A DNA stretch of 64,000 bases from Minisyncoccota bacterium (GTDB lineage: Bacteria > Patescibacteriota > Minisyncoccia > Phycocordibacterales > SW-6-46-9). This document shows positions 1 through 9,505 of this stretch, one piece after another (the first letter of the stretch is position 1; the number at the start of each line of letters is the position of its first letter). Position numbers and translations under genes: made by a program. Under the pieces are notes generated by a model. The model was not told the DNA's origin. It ran no database searches and worked only from the letters and a program-made list of their open reading frames with translations. The DNA lies in NCBI GenBank assembly GCA_040905385.1, contig JBBDRP010000002.1, positions 21,337 to 85,336 on the forward strand. Reading direction: 5' to 3'.

Positions 1-940
1 TCTCAGGCCCAAGATCAACAATCGTCTCATCGTCGATCACATCTGCAACCGACCTCACGCTTGTCTCGCCGTCAGCGGAGAGTGTCAACACATCCGTCGG
101 CAGCTTCAAGGCATCGCTCGCCAGACCAGCAGAAAGATCAAACTCGGCTTCCGGCAACACCGAGTTACCCACCGGCTGGCCTGATGCCGCCAGGTAGGCA
201 TTAGCCAAAGCTCCAGCAACAAATACGCTGTCGGCCACGCCGGAGAACTTCTCAACGAGCGGTAGCTTGGTAGAGAATTTCGCCCCGCCCAGAATAAAGG
301 TAAAGGGATGATCAGGATGCAGTATCGCCGACAACTCCTCTAGCTCGCGGGCAAACTGAAGTCCGGCGTAGGCGGGCAGGTGCGTCGGCACACCTACAAT
401 CGAAGCATGAGCGCGGTGAGTGGTCGGAAATGCATCGTTGACGTAGATGTCACCGTAACCGGCCAGCATCTGGGCAAACGCCGGATCATTCGCCTTCTCG
501 CCCTCATACTGACGCAGGTTCTCCAGCAGCACCACCTCCCCATTTCCCATTGCGTTGACCGCGTCACTGGCAGCACCCGATGCGTAGTCGGTAATAAATG
601 TCAGTTCAAAATGCTCTTCGAAATACTTCACGAGCGGTTTTAGTGATTTCACATTTTTTACCCCGTAGCCGGAGCCGTCAGGCGACGTGGTACCGGGGCC
701 CGACATATGCCCGGCCAGAATTATCCGCGCGCCCTGCTCGCGCAGATACGCAATCGTCGGCAGCAGCTTCTGTAGACGGTAGTCGTCGGTAATCACGCCA
801 TCCCCGCTAGAGCGGGATTTCGTGTCATTATCACGGAACTCAACCTCGACCGGCACATTCAGCGCCCCACGCAGGAATACGCGCTGGCCGGCCAGGTCAT
901 CGCAATCCTTGATTGAATTAATGGAAAATTTAGTCTTCAT
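1..940 (-). CDS. pgk: Phosphoglycerate kinase (3' end runs off the window)
   Basis: Manual translation from ATG at 940: MKTKFSINSIKDCDDLAGQRVFLRGALNVP...DDYRL...LLENLR...YVNDAFPTTHRAHAS...ILGGAKFSTK. Overlaps the tpiA stop. Not in the ORF track because it is open-ended. Confidence 0.95.
   Translation of the reverse strand, partial: MKTKFSINSIKDCDDLAGQRVFLRGALNVPVEVEFRDNDTKSRSSGDGVITDDYRLQKLLPTIAYLREQGARIILAGHMSGPGTTSPDGSGYGVKNVKSLKPLVKYFEEHFELTFITDYASGAASDAVNAMGNGEVVLLENLRQYEGEKANDPAFAQMLAGYGDIYVNDAFPTTHRAHASIVGVPTHLPAYAGLQFARELEELSAILHPDHPFTFILGGAKFSTKLPLVEKFSGVADSVFVAGALANAYLAASGQPVGNSVLPEAEFDLSAGLASDALKLPTDVLTLSADGETSVRSVADVIDDETIVDLGPE
661..698. repeat. Palindromic in-frame insertion in pgk (CCCCGTA...TACCGGGG)
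   Basis: Imperfect inverted repeat with inner GCC-GTCA-GGC hairpin. Coincides with extra peptide PGTTSPDGSGYG at the site of the PGK HLGRP motif. Confidence 0.6.
799..843 (-). repeat. Palindromic in-frame insertion in pgk with an intergenic sister copy at ~13329-13362
   Basis: Minus strand TGAGTTCCGTGAT...AATCCCGCTCTAGCGGGGATG matches TGAGTTCAGTGATGAATCCCGCTCCAGCGGGATG at 13329. Adds VEFRDNDTKSRSSG between NVP and DGVI. Confidence 0.65.
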
Positions 941-1742
941 TATTTTTCTCGATCTCCTCACTGATGTCATTGATAATCCGCAGAATGTCACAGAAGTGAT
1001 CGGCATCCAGCGAGGCACCACCAATCAGGAAGCCGTCGATGTTGGTGCCGGTGAAAAGCTCGCGAGCATTGTCGCGCTTGACCGAACCACCGTACAGAAT
1101 CTTTGTTTTGTGTGCCAACGCCATTGAGAAATGACTCTGCAGCACCTTGCGAATAAAGAGACTAGCCTGATGCAGGTCATGTGGTGTCACCGCCTTGTCT
1201 GCACCACCACCGATGGCCCACAGGGGCTCGTAGGCGATGGTGATTTTGTCATGGAAACGTCCGGGAATGTTTTTGAACACGTCCAGAATCTGAGACTGCA
1301 GAAAGGCCAGATACTGACCATCCTCGTCACGCTCGGACTCACCGATACAGTAGATAACCCCCAGATTAGCATTCAGCGCGTTCATAGCCTTGGCCTTTAT
1401 ATTAGCGGTATTTTCACCCATTGCCCGGCGTTCCGAGTGGCCAATAATGCTGACACCGGCGCCAGAATCAGCAATCATCTCGGCCGAGACCTCCCCGGTC
1501 TGAGAACCAACACCAGAAAATCGTGAGACATCCTGACTCCCTAATATTATCTTGGTACCACCGTAACTTTCGCTCAGCGCCCCAAGAAAAAGTGACGGCG
1601 GACAGATAACCGTCGTGACATGCTTGAGGTACGAAGCTGTGCGTTTGATACCAGTAAATAGCTTCTGGGCTGCATGAAGATTGTCCGGATGCATCTTCCA
1701 GTTAGCCGCGACGACGGGTGATGTAGAGGGATTTTCGCTCAT
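930..1742 (-). CDS. tpiA: Triosephosphate isomerase
   Basis: ANWKM, IGHSERR, AYEPLWAIG, LYGGSV, IGGASL motifs. Start moved to ATG 1742, which lies 7 nt after a TACAAT -10 box. Confidence 0.97.
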   Translation of the reverse strand: MSENPSTSPVVAANWKMHPDNLHAAQKLFTGIKRTASYLKHVTTVICPPSLFLGALSESYGGTKIILGSQDVSRFSGVGSQTGEVSAEMIADSGAGVSIIGHSERRAMGENTANIKAKAMNALNANLGVIYCIGESERDEDGQYLAFLQSQILDVFKNIPGRFHDKITIAYEPLWAIGGGADKAVTPHDLHQASLFIRKVLQSHFSMALAHKTKILYGGSVKRDNARELFTGTNIDGFLIGGASLDADHFCDILRIINDISEEIEKNNED

Positions 1743-1903
1743 TACTGCCATTGTACCATCATCGGATTAATCTGAAATCTTTTCGACCTACTGACTGCAG
1801 GCAACTCCTTATAAAGAACAGATGATTGCACCCGCACCGTCTGCGTGCTATATTTTAGGTAAAGATTGTCCGCAGCCGGAACCGGCCCGGGCAAAAGTTT
1901 TTA

Positions 1904-2001
1904 AATGAGTGCCCGATATCTTTTATCCCGCTTTACGGATAAAAGAACGGTTACACGAATTTATGTCCGAATTTTCTCATTGCATGAGAAAATTCCTGGA
2001 C
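1904..2001 (+). repeat. Dispersed two-stem repeat, family D, copy 1
   Basis: Scaffold AATGARYRCCCGAYATC-hairpin-AGAACGGTTRYRYGAATTTATGTCYGAAT-hairpin-ATTCCTRGAC, shared with 30116 and 53044. Confidence 0.9.
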
Positions 2002-2100
2002 GAAATAAAATCATCACAAGAATGTTTTCGTGAGACAACGCAGACTCAGAAAAAAACAGCTGAGTATCTCATTTGTTAAAAATCTAACAACTAAATAATT

Positions 2101-3492
2101 ATGTTCGACCTAAAAGTAATTAACTCAGTTCTTAACCAACTTGAAAATGACCGCGGTATTCCGCGTGCAAAAGCCTTAGATGCCATCGAGCAGGCGCTGG
2201 CTAGTGCCTACAAAAAGGAGTACGGCAAACACGGTCAGATTATCCGTGCCGACTTCGACCAGGAATCCGGAACCGTTAGCTTCCAGCAGGTAAAGGAGGT
2301 AATTGATGACTCTATCGTTCAGATGCCGGATGATGACGGTGAGTTTGATAAAGACAGCGAACTTGACCGCTTTGATCCTGAACGCCACATTCTGATTGAT
2401 GATGCGCAGAAGATCAAAAGCAGTGCTGATCTTGGTGATGAAATTGCCTTCCCGCTGGAGGACAAGGACGACTACGGCCGTATCTCAACCCAGACAGCCA
2501 AGCAGGTAATCATCCAAAAAATTCGCGAGGCCGAAAAGGTTTCTGTCTATGACGAGTTTGCCGAAAAGAAGGGGCAGATTGTGAATGGTACCGTCCAGCG
2601 CTTCGAGCGCGGCAACCTGTACATCGACCTCGGTCGAGCGACTGGACTGATGCCGTACAAAGAACAGATTCCTGGTGAGCGATTCCGTCAGGGTGAACGT
2701 ATTCGCGCGCTACTTCTTGATGTTGAGGAGTCGTCTCGGGGAATCTTCCTGAAACTATCTCGCTCCAATGCTGACTTTCTGCGTCGCTTATTTGAGATGG
2801 AGGCGCCGGAGGTTGCCAGTGGTGTCGTAGAGCTAAAAAAGATTGCACGTGAGGCTGGCAGCCGATCAAAGATTGCCGTCCACTCTGACGATGAGTATAT
2901 CGATCCAGTTGGCGCCTGTGTGGGTCAACGCGGTGTGCGTGTTACCACCGTTATGAGCGCGCTTGGTAACGAAAAAATTGATATCATCGAGTGGTCGGAC
3001 AATACCGAAATATTTATCGAGAAGGCACTATCACCGGCCGAGGTGATGCGCGTTGATCTGGATGAAGATACGCATGAAGCCCACGCGTACGTAATGTCTG
3101 ATCAGCAGTCGCTGGCCATTGGTAAAGGTGGGCAGAATGCTCGCCTAGCGGCCAAGCTTACCGGCTGGACGATTGATATTCGTTCACTGGATGGCGATAA
3201 TGAAGAGAGCGAAATTGTGGTTGACCCAGAAGGAGAAGAGGTTGAATCGGACGATAGTGAGACAAAGCCCAACTCTAGTGAAGATGCTGAGTCATCAACA
3301 GATGACGAAGTCCCGTCTGGGGAGCAGGATGAGGCTAACGACAGCGAGAATAAAGCGGACGAATCGGCCAAAGCAGGAGAAGATGCAGAATCAACCTTCG
3401 AGGAAGCTGAGGAGAAGGATGATGATGCAGAAGATGAAGACCCCGTAGAGGAATCTGAGAAAACTCAGGAGGCAGGGGAAAAAGAAGCGTAA
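2101..3492 (+). CDS. nusA: Transcription termination/antitermination factor NusA with long acidic C-terminal tail
   Basis: GRISTQTAKQVIIQKIRE, AREAGSRSKIAV, GACVGQRGVRV, AIGKGGQNARLAAKLTGW. Confidence 0.97.
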   Translation: MFDLKVINSVLNQLENDRGIPRAKALDAIEQALASAYKKEYGKHGQIIRADFDQESGTVSFQQVKEVIDDSIVQMPDDDGEFDKDSELDRFDPERHILIDDAQKIKSSADLGDEIAFPLEDKDDYGRISTQTAKQVIIQKIREAEKVSVYDEFAEKKGQIVNGTVQRFERGNLYIDLGRATGLMPYKEQIPGERFRQGERIRALLLDVEESSRGIFLKLSRSNADFLRRLFEMEAPEVASGVVELKKIAREAGSRSKIAVHSDDEYIDPVGACVGQRGVRVTTVMSALGNEKIDIIEWSDNTEIFIEKALSPAEVMRVDLDEDTHEAHAYVMSDQQSLAIGKGGQNARLAAKLTGWTIDIRSLDGDNEESEIVVDPEGEEVESDDSETKPNSSEDAESSTDDEVPSGEQDEANDSENKADESAKAGEDAESTFEEAEEKDDDAEDEDPVEESEKTQEAGEKEA

Positions 3493-3548
3493 TTTATTCA
3501 TACTAATTTTTAGCTAATTGCTAAAAGCTACTAGCTAATTGCTCACAT

Positions 3549-4073
3549 ATGAACTACTGGCATGATCTTGAACCAGGAACCGCCGATGAGATGACTACCA
3601 TCGTGGAGATTCCCAAGGGCTCAAAAAACAAGTACGAAATCGACAAGGAAACCGGACTGATCGCTCTTGACCGAGCTATGCACACAGCTCAGGATTATCC
3701 ATTTGATTATGGATACATTCCACAGACGCTTTGGGATGATGACGATGCGCTTGATGTCATTATCCTGACTAGCAACCCACTAGATTCTGGTATCCTTGTC
3801 CGGACGCGTCCAGTCGGTATCATGAACATGATTGATGACGGCGAAAGAGATGACAAAATTATAGCTGTACCGACAACCGACCCACGTTTTGACGAAATCC
3901 TGGATCTTACTGACGTCAACTCGCACACCCTCAAGGAGATGAATCACTTCTACGCAACCTACAAAAACCTACAGGATAAGGAGGTAGAGGTCACCGGCTT
4001 TGGGGACAAAAAAGCCGCTATTGAGGCTTTTGAGCGAGGAAAGAAACTTTACAACGAGGCGTATAAAAACTAA
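3549..4073 (+). CDS. ppa: Inorganic pyrophosphatase (family I)
   Basis: EIPKGSKNKYE, YPFDYGYIPQT, DDDALD, DDGERDDKIIAVP. Confidence 0.96.
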   Translation: MNYWHDLEPGTADEMTTIVEIPKGSKNKYEIDKETGLIALDRAMHTAQDYPFDYGYIPQTLWDDDDALDVIILTSNPLDSGILVRTRPVGIMNMIDDGERDDKIIAVPTTDPRFDEILDLTDVNSHTLKEMNHFYATYKNLQDKEVEVTGFGDKKAAIEAFERGKKLYNEAYKN

Positions 4074-4075
4074 TT

Positions 4076-4315
4076 ATGACTACCGAGGACAAAAACGCAC
4101 CACTTACCGGAGAAATTGTGCAGGAGTCCGGTGAAGCCCAGAAAACACCTAGCGGCCGCGAACTTTCGATTCGTCGCTATCTCTTCCCGGCGCTCCTGGA
4201 TGAAAAACGAGACAACCACCGATCAAACCGAAAAATACTGGCGCTTGTCTTTGCTGTGGTGGTGCTTGCCGGAATTCTGGCGCTGTATATCTACGGCGGC
4301 AGCCTAGCTGCATAA
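4076..4315 (+). CDS. Small membrane protein, hypothetical
   Basis: Starts 2 nt after the ppa stop. Single C-terminal hydrophobic segment. Confidence 0.6.
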   Translation: MTTEDKNAPLTGEIVQESGEAQKTPSGRELSIRRYLFPALLDEKRDNHRSNRKILALVFAVVVLAGILALYIYGGSLAA

Positions 4316-4381
4316 TCGAAGTGTTCACTACTAATTTACCCGGATTATATTTAACCGGGTGCATGTAATCTAAATTTACGT

Positions 4382-5488
4382 ATGACAGACGACACAAACA
4401 CTGACTACGACGCTGATATTAAAAAGGAATCGGGAGAAGCCAAGATCAAAGCCCAAATCCCGTGGGAGACCTTTGAAAGCTACCGTTCTCAGGCCCTTGA
4501 GAGTCTGCAGGAAAGCGTCTCTATTGACGGTTTTCGTGACAAGAAGATTCCAGAAAAAGTATTGGAGGATCACGTCGGTGAGATGGGTGTAATCTCCGAG
4601 ATGGCGCAGTTTGCTATCTCTGACGTTTACCCGAAAATTGTTACCGACAATAAACTACAGACGATCGGACGACCCGATGTAAAAATCACCAAGATATCCA
4701 AGGGCAACCCACTAGAGTTCGAAGCCATCGCCACCATGATGCCGGTTGTCCAGCTGCCGGATGATTACCTCGAGACAGCTGCTGATGCCTACGACGAGAA
4801 AGGTGATGACAGTACCGAGGTTGAGGACACTGAGGTTAATGAAGCAATCGAGAATATTCGCCAGCAGTGGGCACAGAGTCAGGCACACCAGAAGGCTCAG
4901 GAATCTGGAGAAGAGATTGATATCGCCAACCTGGAAATTTCCGATGAGGATCTTCCGGAGATTGATGACGAGTTTGTGCAGAAGATTTCCAGCAATGAGA
5001 CCGTTGATGAGTTCAAGGCTATACTGAAGGAAAACCTCGCCGACCAGAAAGGACGCAAAGCCGCCGAGGCAACACGCGGAAAGATTATTCAGGCGGTTGT
5101 TGATGCTGCCGAGGTTGAGATTCCGAACCTCATCATTGATGGTGAGCTGGACAAAATGATGGCCCAGTTCGAGTCTGATGTAGCTCGTGCCGGAATGGAG
5201 ATGGACGACTACTTCGAGCAGGCCGACACAACCAAGGAGGAAATGCGCGACAAGTGGCGACCGGATGCTAAGCGACGCGGCAAGACACAGCTGGTGCTAA
5301 ACAAAATTGCTGCCGACCAGAATATTCAGGCCAATGACGACGCGGTGGACGAAGAGGTCAAGCAAATCGTTGCCCAGTACGAAGAAGTTCCTGAAGCTCG
5401 CGCGCGTACCTTTGTCCGCAGTCGGATGATCAACGAGAACACAATCGAGTGGCTTGAAAACGAAGCCAAAGGCAAGAAGCAGGAATAA
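4382..5488 (+). CDS. tig: Trigger factor (PPIase domain reduced or absent)
   Basis: IDGFRDKKIP ribosome-binding-loop variant, LPEIDDEFV, C-terminal chaperone domain. Upstream of clpP. Confidence 0.9.
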   Translation: MTDDTNTDYDADIKKESGEAKIKAQIPWETFESYRSQALESLQESVSIDGFRDKKIPEKVLEDHVGEMGVISEMAQFAISDVYPKIVTDNKLQTIGRPDVKITKISKGNPLEFEAIATMMPVVQLPDDYLETAADAYDEKGDDSTEVEDTEVNEAIENIRQQWAQSQAHQKAQESGEEIDIANLEISDEDLPEIDDEFVQKISSNETVDEFKAILKENLADQKGRKAAEATRGKIIQAVVDAAEVEIPNLIIDGELDKMMAQFESDVARAGMEMDDYFEQADTTKEEMRDKWRPDAKRRGKTQLVLNKIAADQNIQANDDAVDEEVKQIVAQYEEVPEARARTFVRSRMINENTIEWLENEAKGKKQE

Positions 5489-5713
5489 GGAATCTAGAAT
5501 CACGAATAATGAACAGAGGTGATAGAATGAATACGAAACGACTAGCAAGAAAAAATTTGAGTTTAATAACTTTAAAAAGATAGAGAGATTTGCCCTAGAT
5601 CGCGGAAGAATCGAGTACTGTCGTGAGGTGTATATACGAATACAGTGAACGACAGACGGAGATTCTGACAAAGAAATTGGTCAAATATCTCTATCTGCCT
5701 ATACTAAAAAACT

Positions 5714-6316
5714 ATGAGTACATTAATCCCCACAGTAATAGAAAAGTCCCAACGCGGCGAACGTGCCTACGACATCTATTCACGCTTACTGAAAGAACGC
5801 ATTGTGTTCCTAGGTGGACCAATTCACGACCAGGTTACCAACACCGTCATTGCCCAGCTCTTGTACCTAGAGAGTGAGGCCCCGGACAAAGACATTTCAC
5901 TGTACATCAACTCCCCTGGTGGCTCTGTTACGGCTACTCTGGCAATGCTAGACACTATGAACTACGTCCAGTGTGAAGTGCAGACTATCTGTGTCGGTAT
6001 TGCTGCCTCTGGTGGTGCAGTACTGCTTTCTGCCGGAGAGAAAGGCAAGCGCTTCTGTCTCGAGAATTCCGAGGTTATGATTCACCAGCCACATGGAGGT
6101 GCACAAGGACAAGCAACGGACATTGAAATTACTGCTAAGCATATCCTCAAAACTCGCGAGCGTCTGAATCAGATTATGGCTGAGAATACTGGTCAGTCAT
6201 TTGAAAAAATTCAGGATGATGTCGAGCGTGACTTCTTTATGGATGCCAAAGAAGCCAAAGACTATGGCATCGTTGATGAGATTATGCAGAGTAAAAAGAA
6301 GAAATCTACCAAGTAG
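5714..6316 (+). CDS. clpP: ATP-dependent Clp protease proteolytic subunit
   Basis: [36 protein letters not shown]. Confidence 0.98.
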   Translation: MSTLIPTVIEKSQRGERAYDIYSRLLKERIVFLGGPIHDQVTNTVIAQLLYLESEAPDKDISLYINSPGGSVTATLAMLDTMNYVQCEVQTICVGIAASGGAVLLSAGEKGKRFCLENSEVMIHQPHGGAQGQATDIEITAKHILKTRERLNQIMAENTGQSFEKIQDDVERDFFMDAKEAKDYGIVDEIMQSKKKKSTK

Positions 6317-6352
6317 ATTTCTTCCCTAACGTATAACGTGTAATGTATATCG

Positions 6353-6380
6353 AAAAAGTGCCTTCTTGGGCGCTTTTTTT
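6353..6380 (+). terminator. Intrinsic terminator after clpP
   Basis: AAAAAGTGCC...GGCGCTTTTTTT hairpin with U-tract. Confidence 0.7.
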
Positions 6381-6423
6381 AATGCCTCCACATGGCCTTA
6401 ATTTATCACTTCACTATCAAGTA

Positions 6424-6589
6424 GAGTGTGAGCCACACAAACATGTTTGTGTGGCCGAACGGAGCGTGCAAAATAAACTTTTACATTTATTTTCGAGCAG
6501 AATGCAAATAGACAAATGAATAATTGACCGTTTCAGCGGGGAAGCAGGTTTATAACCTGCTTATGTAATCATGAATTATTTATTTGACA
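6424..6589 (+). repeat. Dispersed repeat family C, copy 1 (ends in a -35 box)
   Basis: GAGTGTGA-hairpin-CGAACGGAGCG...TAGACAAATGAATAATT...AATTATTTATTTGACA, homologous to 21601 and 26125. Confidence 0.75.
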
Positions 6590-6617
6590 AACTTACTTAT
6601 TTCTTATACTTTATAAT
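6584..6617 (+). promoter_or_regulatory. sigma70-type promoter of the alpha-CTD ORFan
   Basis: TTGACA 6584-6589, then TATACT/TACTTT/TATAAT. AAAGGTGA SD before ATG 6659. Confidence 0.7.
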
Positions 6618-6658
6618 CAGATTCATTCGAGCAATCTTAAACAAAAAGGTGAAAGCTT

Positions 6659-7042
6659 ATGGAAGAAATGAAGAAAGCAGAAAGCGAATTAAAGCAAAAA
6701 CAAGCAAAGTTTGACCGGAGCATAGACCGATTTATCAATCAAATAGAAGACTTAAAATTCACTTTGAAAAACTTGAAATACGATGATGATAAATCTCATT
6801 TCAAAAAGGACAGTGCGTTAAATAAGTCGATTGATGAGCTAGACATGGGCACAAGAACTTATAATGCTCTTAAGTCTAAACAGATGGTTACACTTGCTGA
6901 GATAGCCAGAGAAAAACCAAGTCAATTACTAGAATATAGCGGATTTGGTAAAGTGGCCTTAGCTGAATTATCAGAAATTCTCGAAGAGCACAGTCTGCAC
7001 TTCGGTATGGATATTTCGGCTCATTTAAAAGAATCAAAATAA
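6659..7042 (+). CDS. Stand-alone RNA polymerase alpha-subunit C-terminal-domain-like protein with N-terminal coiled coil
   Basis: SIDELDMGTRTYNALKSKQMVTLAEI...LLEYSGFGKVALAELSEILEEHSLHFGMDIS aligns by eye with the RpoA alpha-CTD. Confidence 0.8.
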   Translation: MEEMKKAESELKQKQAKFDRSIDRFINQIEDLKFTLKNLKYDDDKSHFKKDSALNKSIDELDMGTRTYNALKSKQMVTLAEIAREKPSQLLEYSGFGKVALAELSEILEEHSLHFGMDISAHLKESK

Positions 7043-7054
7043 ACCATTAAACCC

Positions 7055-7090
7055 AAAGCCGCTTGTGTATACAGCACGGGTGGCTTTTTT
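7055..7090 (+). terminator. Intrinsic terminator, loop TATACAG
   Basis: AAAGCCGCTTGTG/CACGGGTGGCTTT stem plus U-tract. Confidence 0.75.
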
Positions 7091-7122
7091 ACCCACCTAC
7101 TCGAAGCTTCGAGTAGGTGGGT
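7091..7122. repeat. Perfect 32-bp palindrome
   Basis: ACCCACCTACTCGAAG|CTTCGAGTAGGTGGGT. Confidence 0.9.
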
Positions 7123-7284
7123 TTATTGCTCTCGCTACACGTTGTGCGTTATGGGTTATACATATATATCTTTCCTGGCGTATTTACAGAAATTATCGTA
7201 TGATGAAAACAATACTGATGATCCGCACTATCACCATTGCCGCCCATCCGCGCGATAAATTTAACCGACTCAAAAGCTCTAAAA

Positions 7285-8811
7285 ATGAATATTTCTATAC
7301 TACTAGCCACCGTGGTGGCCGGCCTGGTTGGGATTGGACTGGGCTATGCGCTCCGGCGACTAGTACTACTTTCGCAAAAATCAACCCTAGAACTAGAAGT
7401 AAAAGAGCAGCGTATTGCTGCCAAGGAAGCAGCGGTGGAGATAAAGCAAGCTGCTGAGAACAAAGCCGAGGAGATAAAGCAACAGGCTGAAAAAGAAGCA
7501 GCTGAACGCAAAAGTGAGCTTGAATCCAGGGACGAAGAATTGAAAGAGCGGCAGGAAGAGATTCGCGAGCAGAAAAGAGATCTAAAGAACCAACGCGAAA
7601 AACTAGACAGAAACCGCGATCAGCTGCAGCAGATCGAAGAAGACAACGAAGAAAAACAGCATCAGCTAGAAAGCGAGCTCGCTCACTTGTCAGAGATGAG
7701 CCCGAAGGAGGCCAAGGAAACGCTGCTATCGCGAATCGAGAAGAGACACCACGACGAGTTACAGGCTCGTGAGCAGAAACTAGAGATGAATGCTAAGGAG
7801 CGTATCGAAGCCCGTGGCAAGGAGATGCTGGCCGGCGTACTGCAGCGGCTTAGTCGTGATGTGGATCCGGATATTCTTTCTACCAAGGTAAAGCTGGAAG
7901 ACGATGATCTCAAAGGCAAGATTATCGGTAAGGAAGGCCGGAACATTCGTGCCTTTCAGCAGGCCACCGGGGTTGAGATTGTTATTGATGATACGCCCGG
8001 AATCATCACAATATCTTCATACGACCCCATCCGCCGGGCCGTGGCAAAGTACGCGCTGGACCAGCTTCTAAGGGACGGCCGGGTTCAACCGGCCCGTATC
8101 GAGCGATTTGTTGCTGATGCCAAGGCCAAGGTAAATAAAATTATCCATGACCAGGGGGCAGCCGCTGCTAATGAGACCAACCTTCTGTCGTTGGATAACC
8201 GGATTGTCGTAATGCTCGGGCGGCTTCATTTCCGCACTAGTTATGGCCAGAATGTTCTCGAGCACTCTATCGAAGCGGCGCACATTGCGGAGATGCTGGC
8301 CCATGAACTAGATCTCGATGTAGAGGTGGCCAAGACCGGTGCCCTGCTGCATGACATCGGCAAGGCAGCCGACCACGAGCTATCGGGATCCCACGTCGAT
8401 ATCGGGATTCATATTCTGACCAAGTTTGGCGCTGCGCAGGCGGTGATTGATGCCATGAAGTCACATCACGATGATTACCCTCACGAATCACTGGAGTCGA
8501 TCATTGTTCAGGTCGCAGACGGTGTGTCCGGAGCTCGTCCAGGTGCCCGCAAGCAGACACTGGAGTCTTACGTAACCCGCCTGAAAGAGCTTGAAAATAT
8601 TGCGCAAAGCATGGATGGCGTTGTCAATTCATATGCTATCGAGGCTGGTCGGGAGATCCGCGTTTTTGTAAACTCAAAGCAAATTAGCGACCCACAAGCG
8701 GGTAACATAGCTCGTCAGATTGCGGCCCAGATCGAGAGCCGGGTTAGCTATCCCGGCGAGGTTAAAGTGCATGTCATCCGCGAAACCCGGCTGACTCATT
8801 ACGCACGATAG
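7285..8811 (+). CDS. rny: Ribonuclease Y
   Basis: N-terminal TM and coiled coil, KH domain KGKIIGKEGRNIR, RTSYGQNVLEHS, LLHDIGK HD domain. ATG 7285 preferred over the track start. Confidence 0.96.
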   Translation: MNISILLATVVAGLVGIGLGYALRRLVLLSQKSTLELEVKEQRIAAKEAAVEIKQAAENKAEEIKQQAEKEAAERKSELESRDEELKERQEEIREQKRDLKNQREKLDRNRDQLQQIEEDNEEKQHQLESELAHLSEMSPKEAKETLLSRIEKRHHDELQAREQKLEMNAKERIEARGKEMLAGVLQRLSRDVDPDILSTKVKLEDDDLKGKIIGKEGRNIRAFQQATGVEIVIDDTPGIITISSYDPIRRAVAKYALDQLLRDGRVQPARIERFVADAKAKVNKIIHDQGAAAANETNLLSLDNRIVVMLGRLHFRTSYGQNVLEHSIEAAHIAEMLAHELDLDVEVAKTGALLHDIGKAADHELSGSHVDIGIHILTKFGAAQAVIDAMKSHHDDYPHESLESIIVQVADGVSGARPGARKQTLESYVTRLKELENIAQSMDGVVNSYAIEAGREIRVFVNSKQISDPQAGNIARQIAAQIESRVSYPGEVKVHVIRETRLTHYAR

Positions 8812-9120
8812 GGCTAATAATAAGGACGTGATGACGATGCTATCGGAAGCGTCCATTCGTCTAGGGCTACAGAAGACACAGATTTACCGCAAAGGAGTAC
8901 CTGGATTTATCTGCCACGCGCTGCAATAGCTTCTTACATAATTTCGCTTTACTAATCCTCCAAGAAAACTTTTATCCGACTATTTACACCAAACATACCG
9001 GAAATACCGTATTCTGATTCCAGCGCTAATCTCATTGCGTAAATATAATTTTTTCGCTACTATCAATACAGAGGTTTGCGATGAGAAACCTTTTTTACTA
9101 GCGCTAATTTAGATAAAAAC

Positions 9121-9429
9121 ATGGCTAAAATTAACAAGTCAGATTTCGTTGAGATGATCTACGATGAAATTGATGATTGCACCAAAGCCGACGCCAAACG
9201 TGTGATGGAATCAATTGTCGACACCATCACTGACACACTTGCCAACGCCGAGGAGGTATCAATCGCCGGTCTTGGAATCTTCAAGTCACGCATTCGACAG
9301 GCTCGTACTGCTCGAAACCCACAGACAGGTGAAGAGATTCAGGTACCAAAGATGCGCGTACCAAAATTCCGCCCAGCCAAGGCGCTGAAGGAGGCGGTCA
9401 AGGACAAGCGACTCGATCTAGAGGAGTAG
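9121..9429 (+). CDS. hup: HU family DNA-binding protein
   Basis: VSIAGLGIF...RTARNPQTGEEIQVP...PKFRPAKALKEAV. Confidence 0.95.
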   Translation: MAKINKSDFVEMIYDEIDDCTKADAKRVMESIVDTITDTLANAEEVSIAGLGIFKSRIRQARTARNPQTGEEIQVPKMRVPKFRPAKALKEAVKDKRLDLEE

Positions 9430-9505
9430 ATTCTACTTCCCTAGCCCACTTATACAAATGCCTGGCACCCGCCGGGCTTTTGTATTTTTGTAGTACCATG
9501 AATGT

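Noticed and set aside
2023-2037. parS-like TGTTTTCGTGAGACA
   Set aside because: Too degenerate and isolated.
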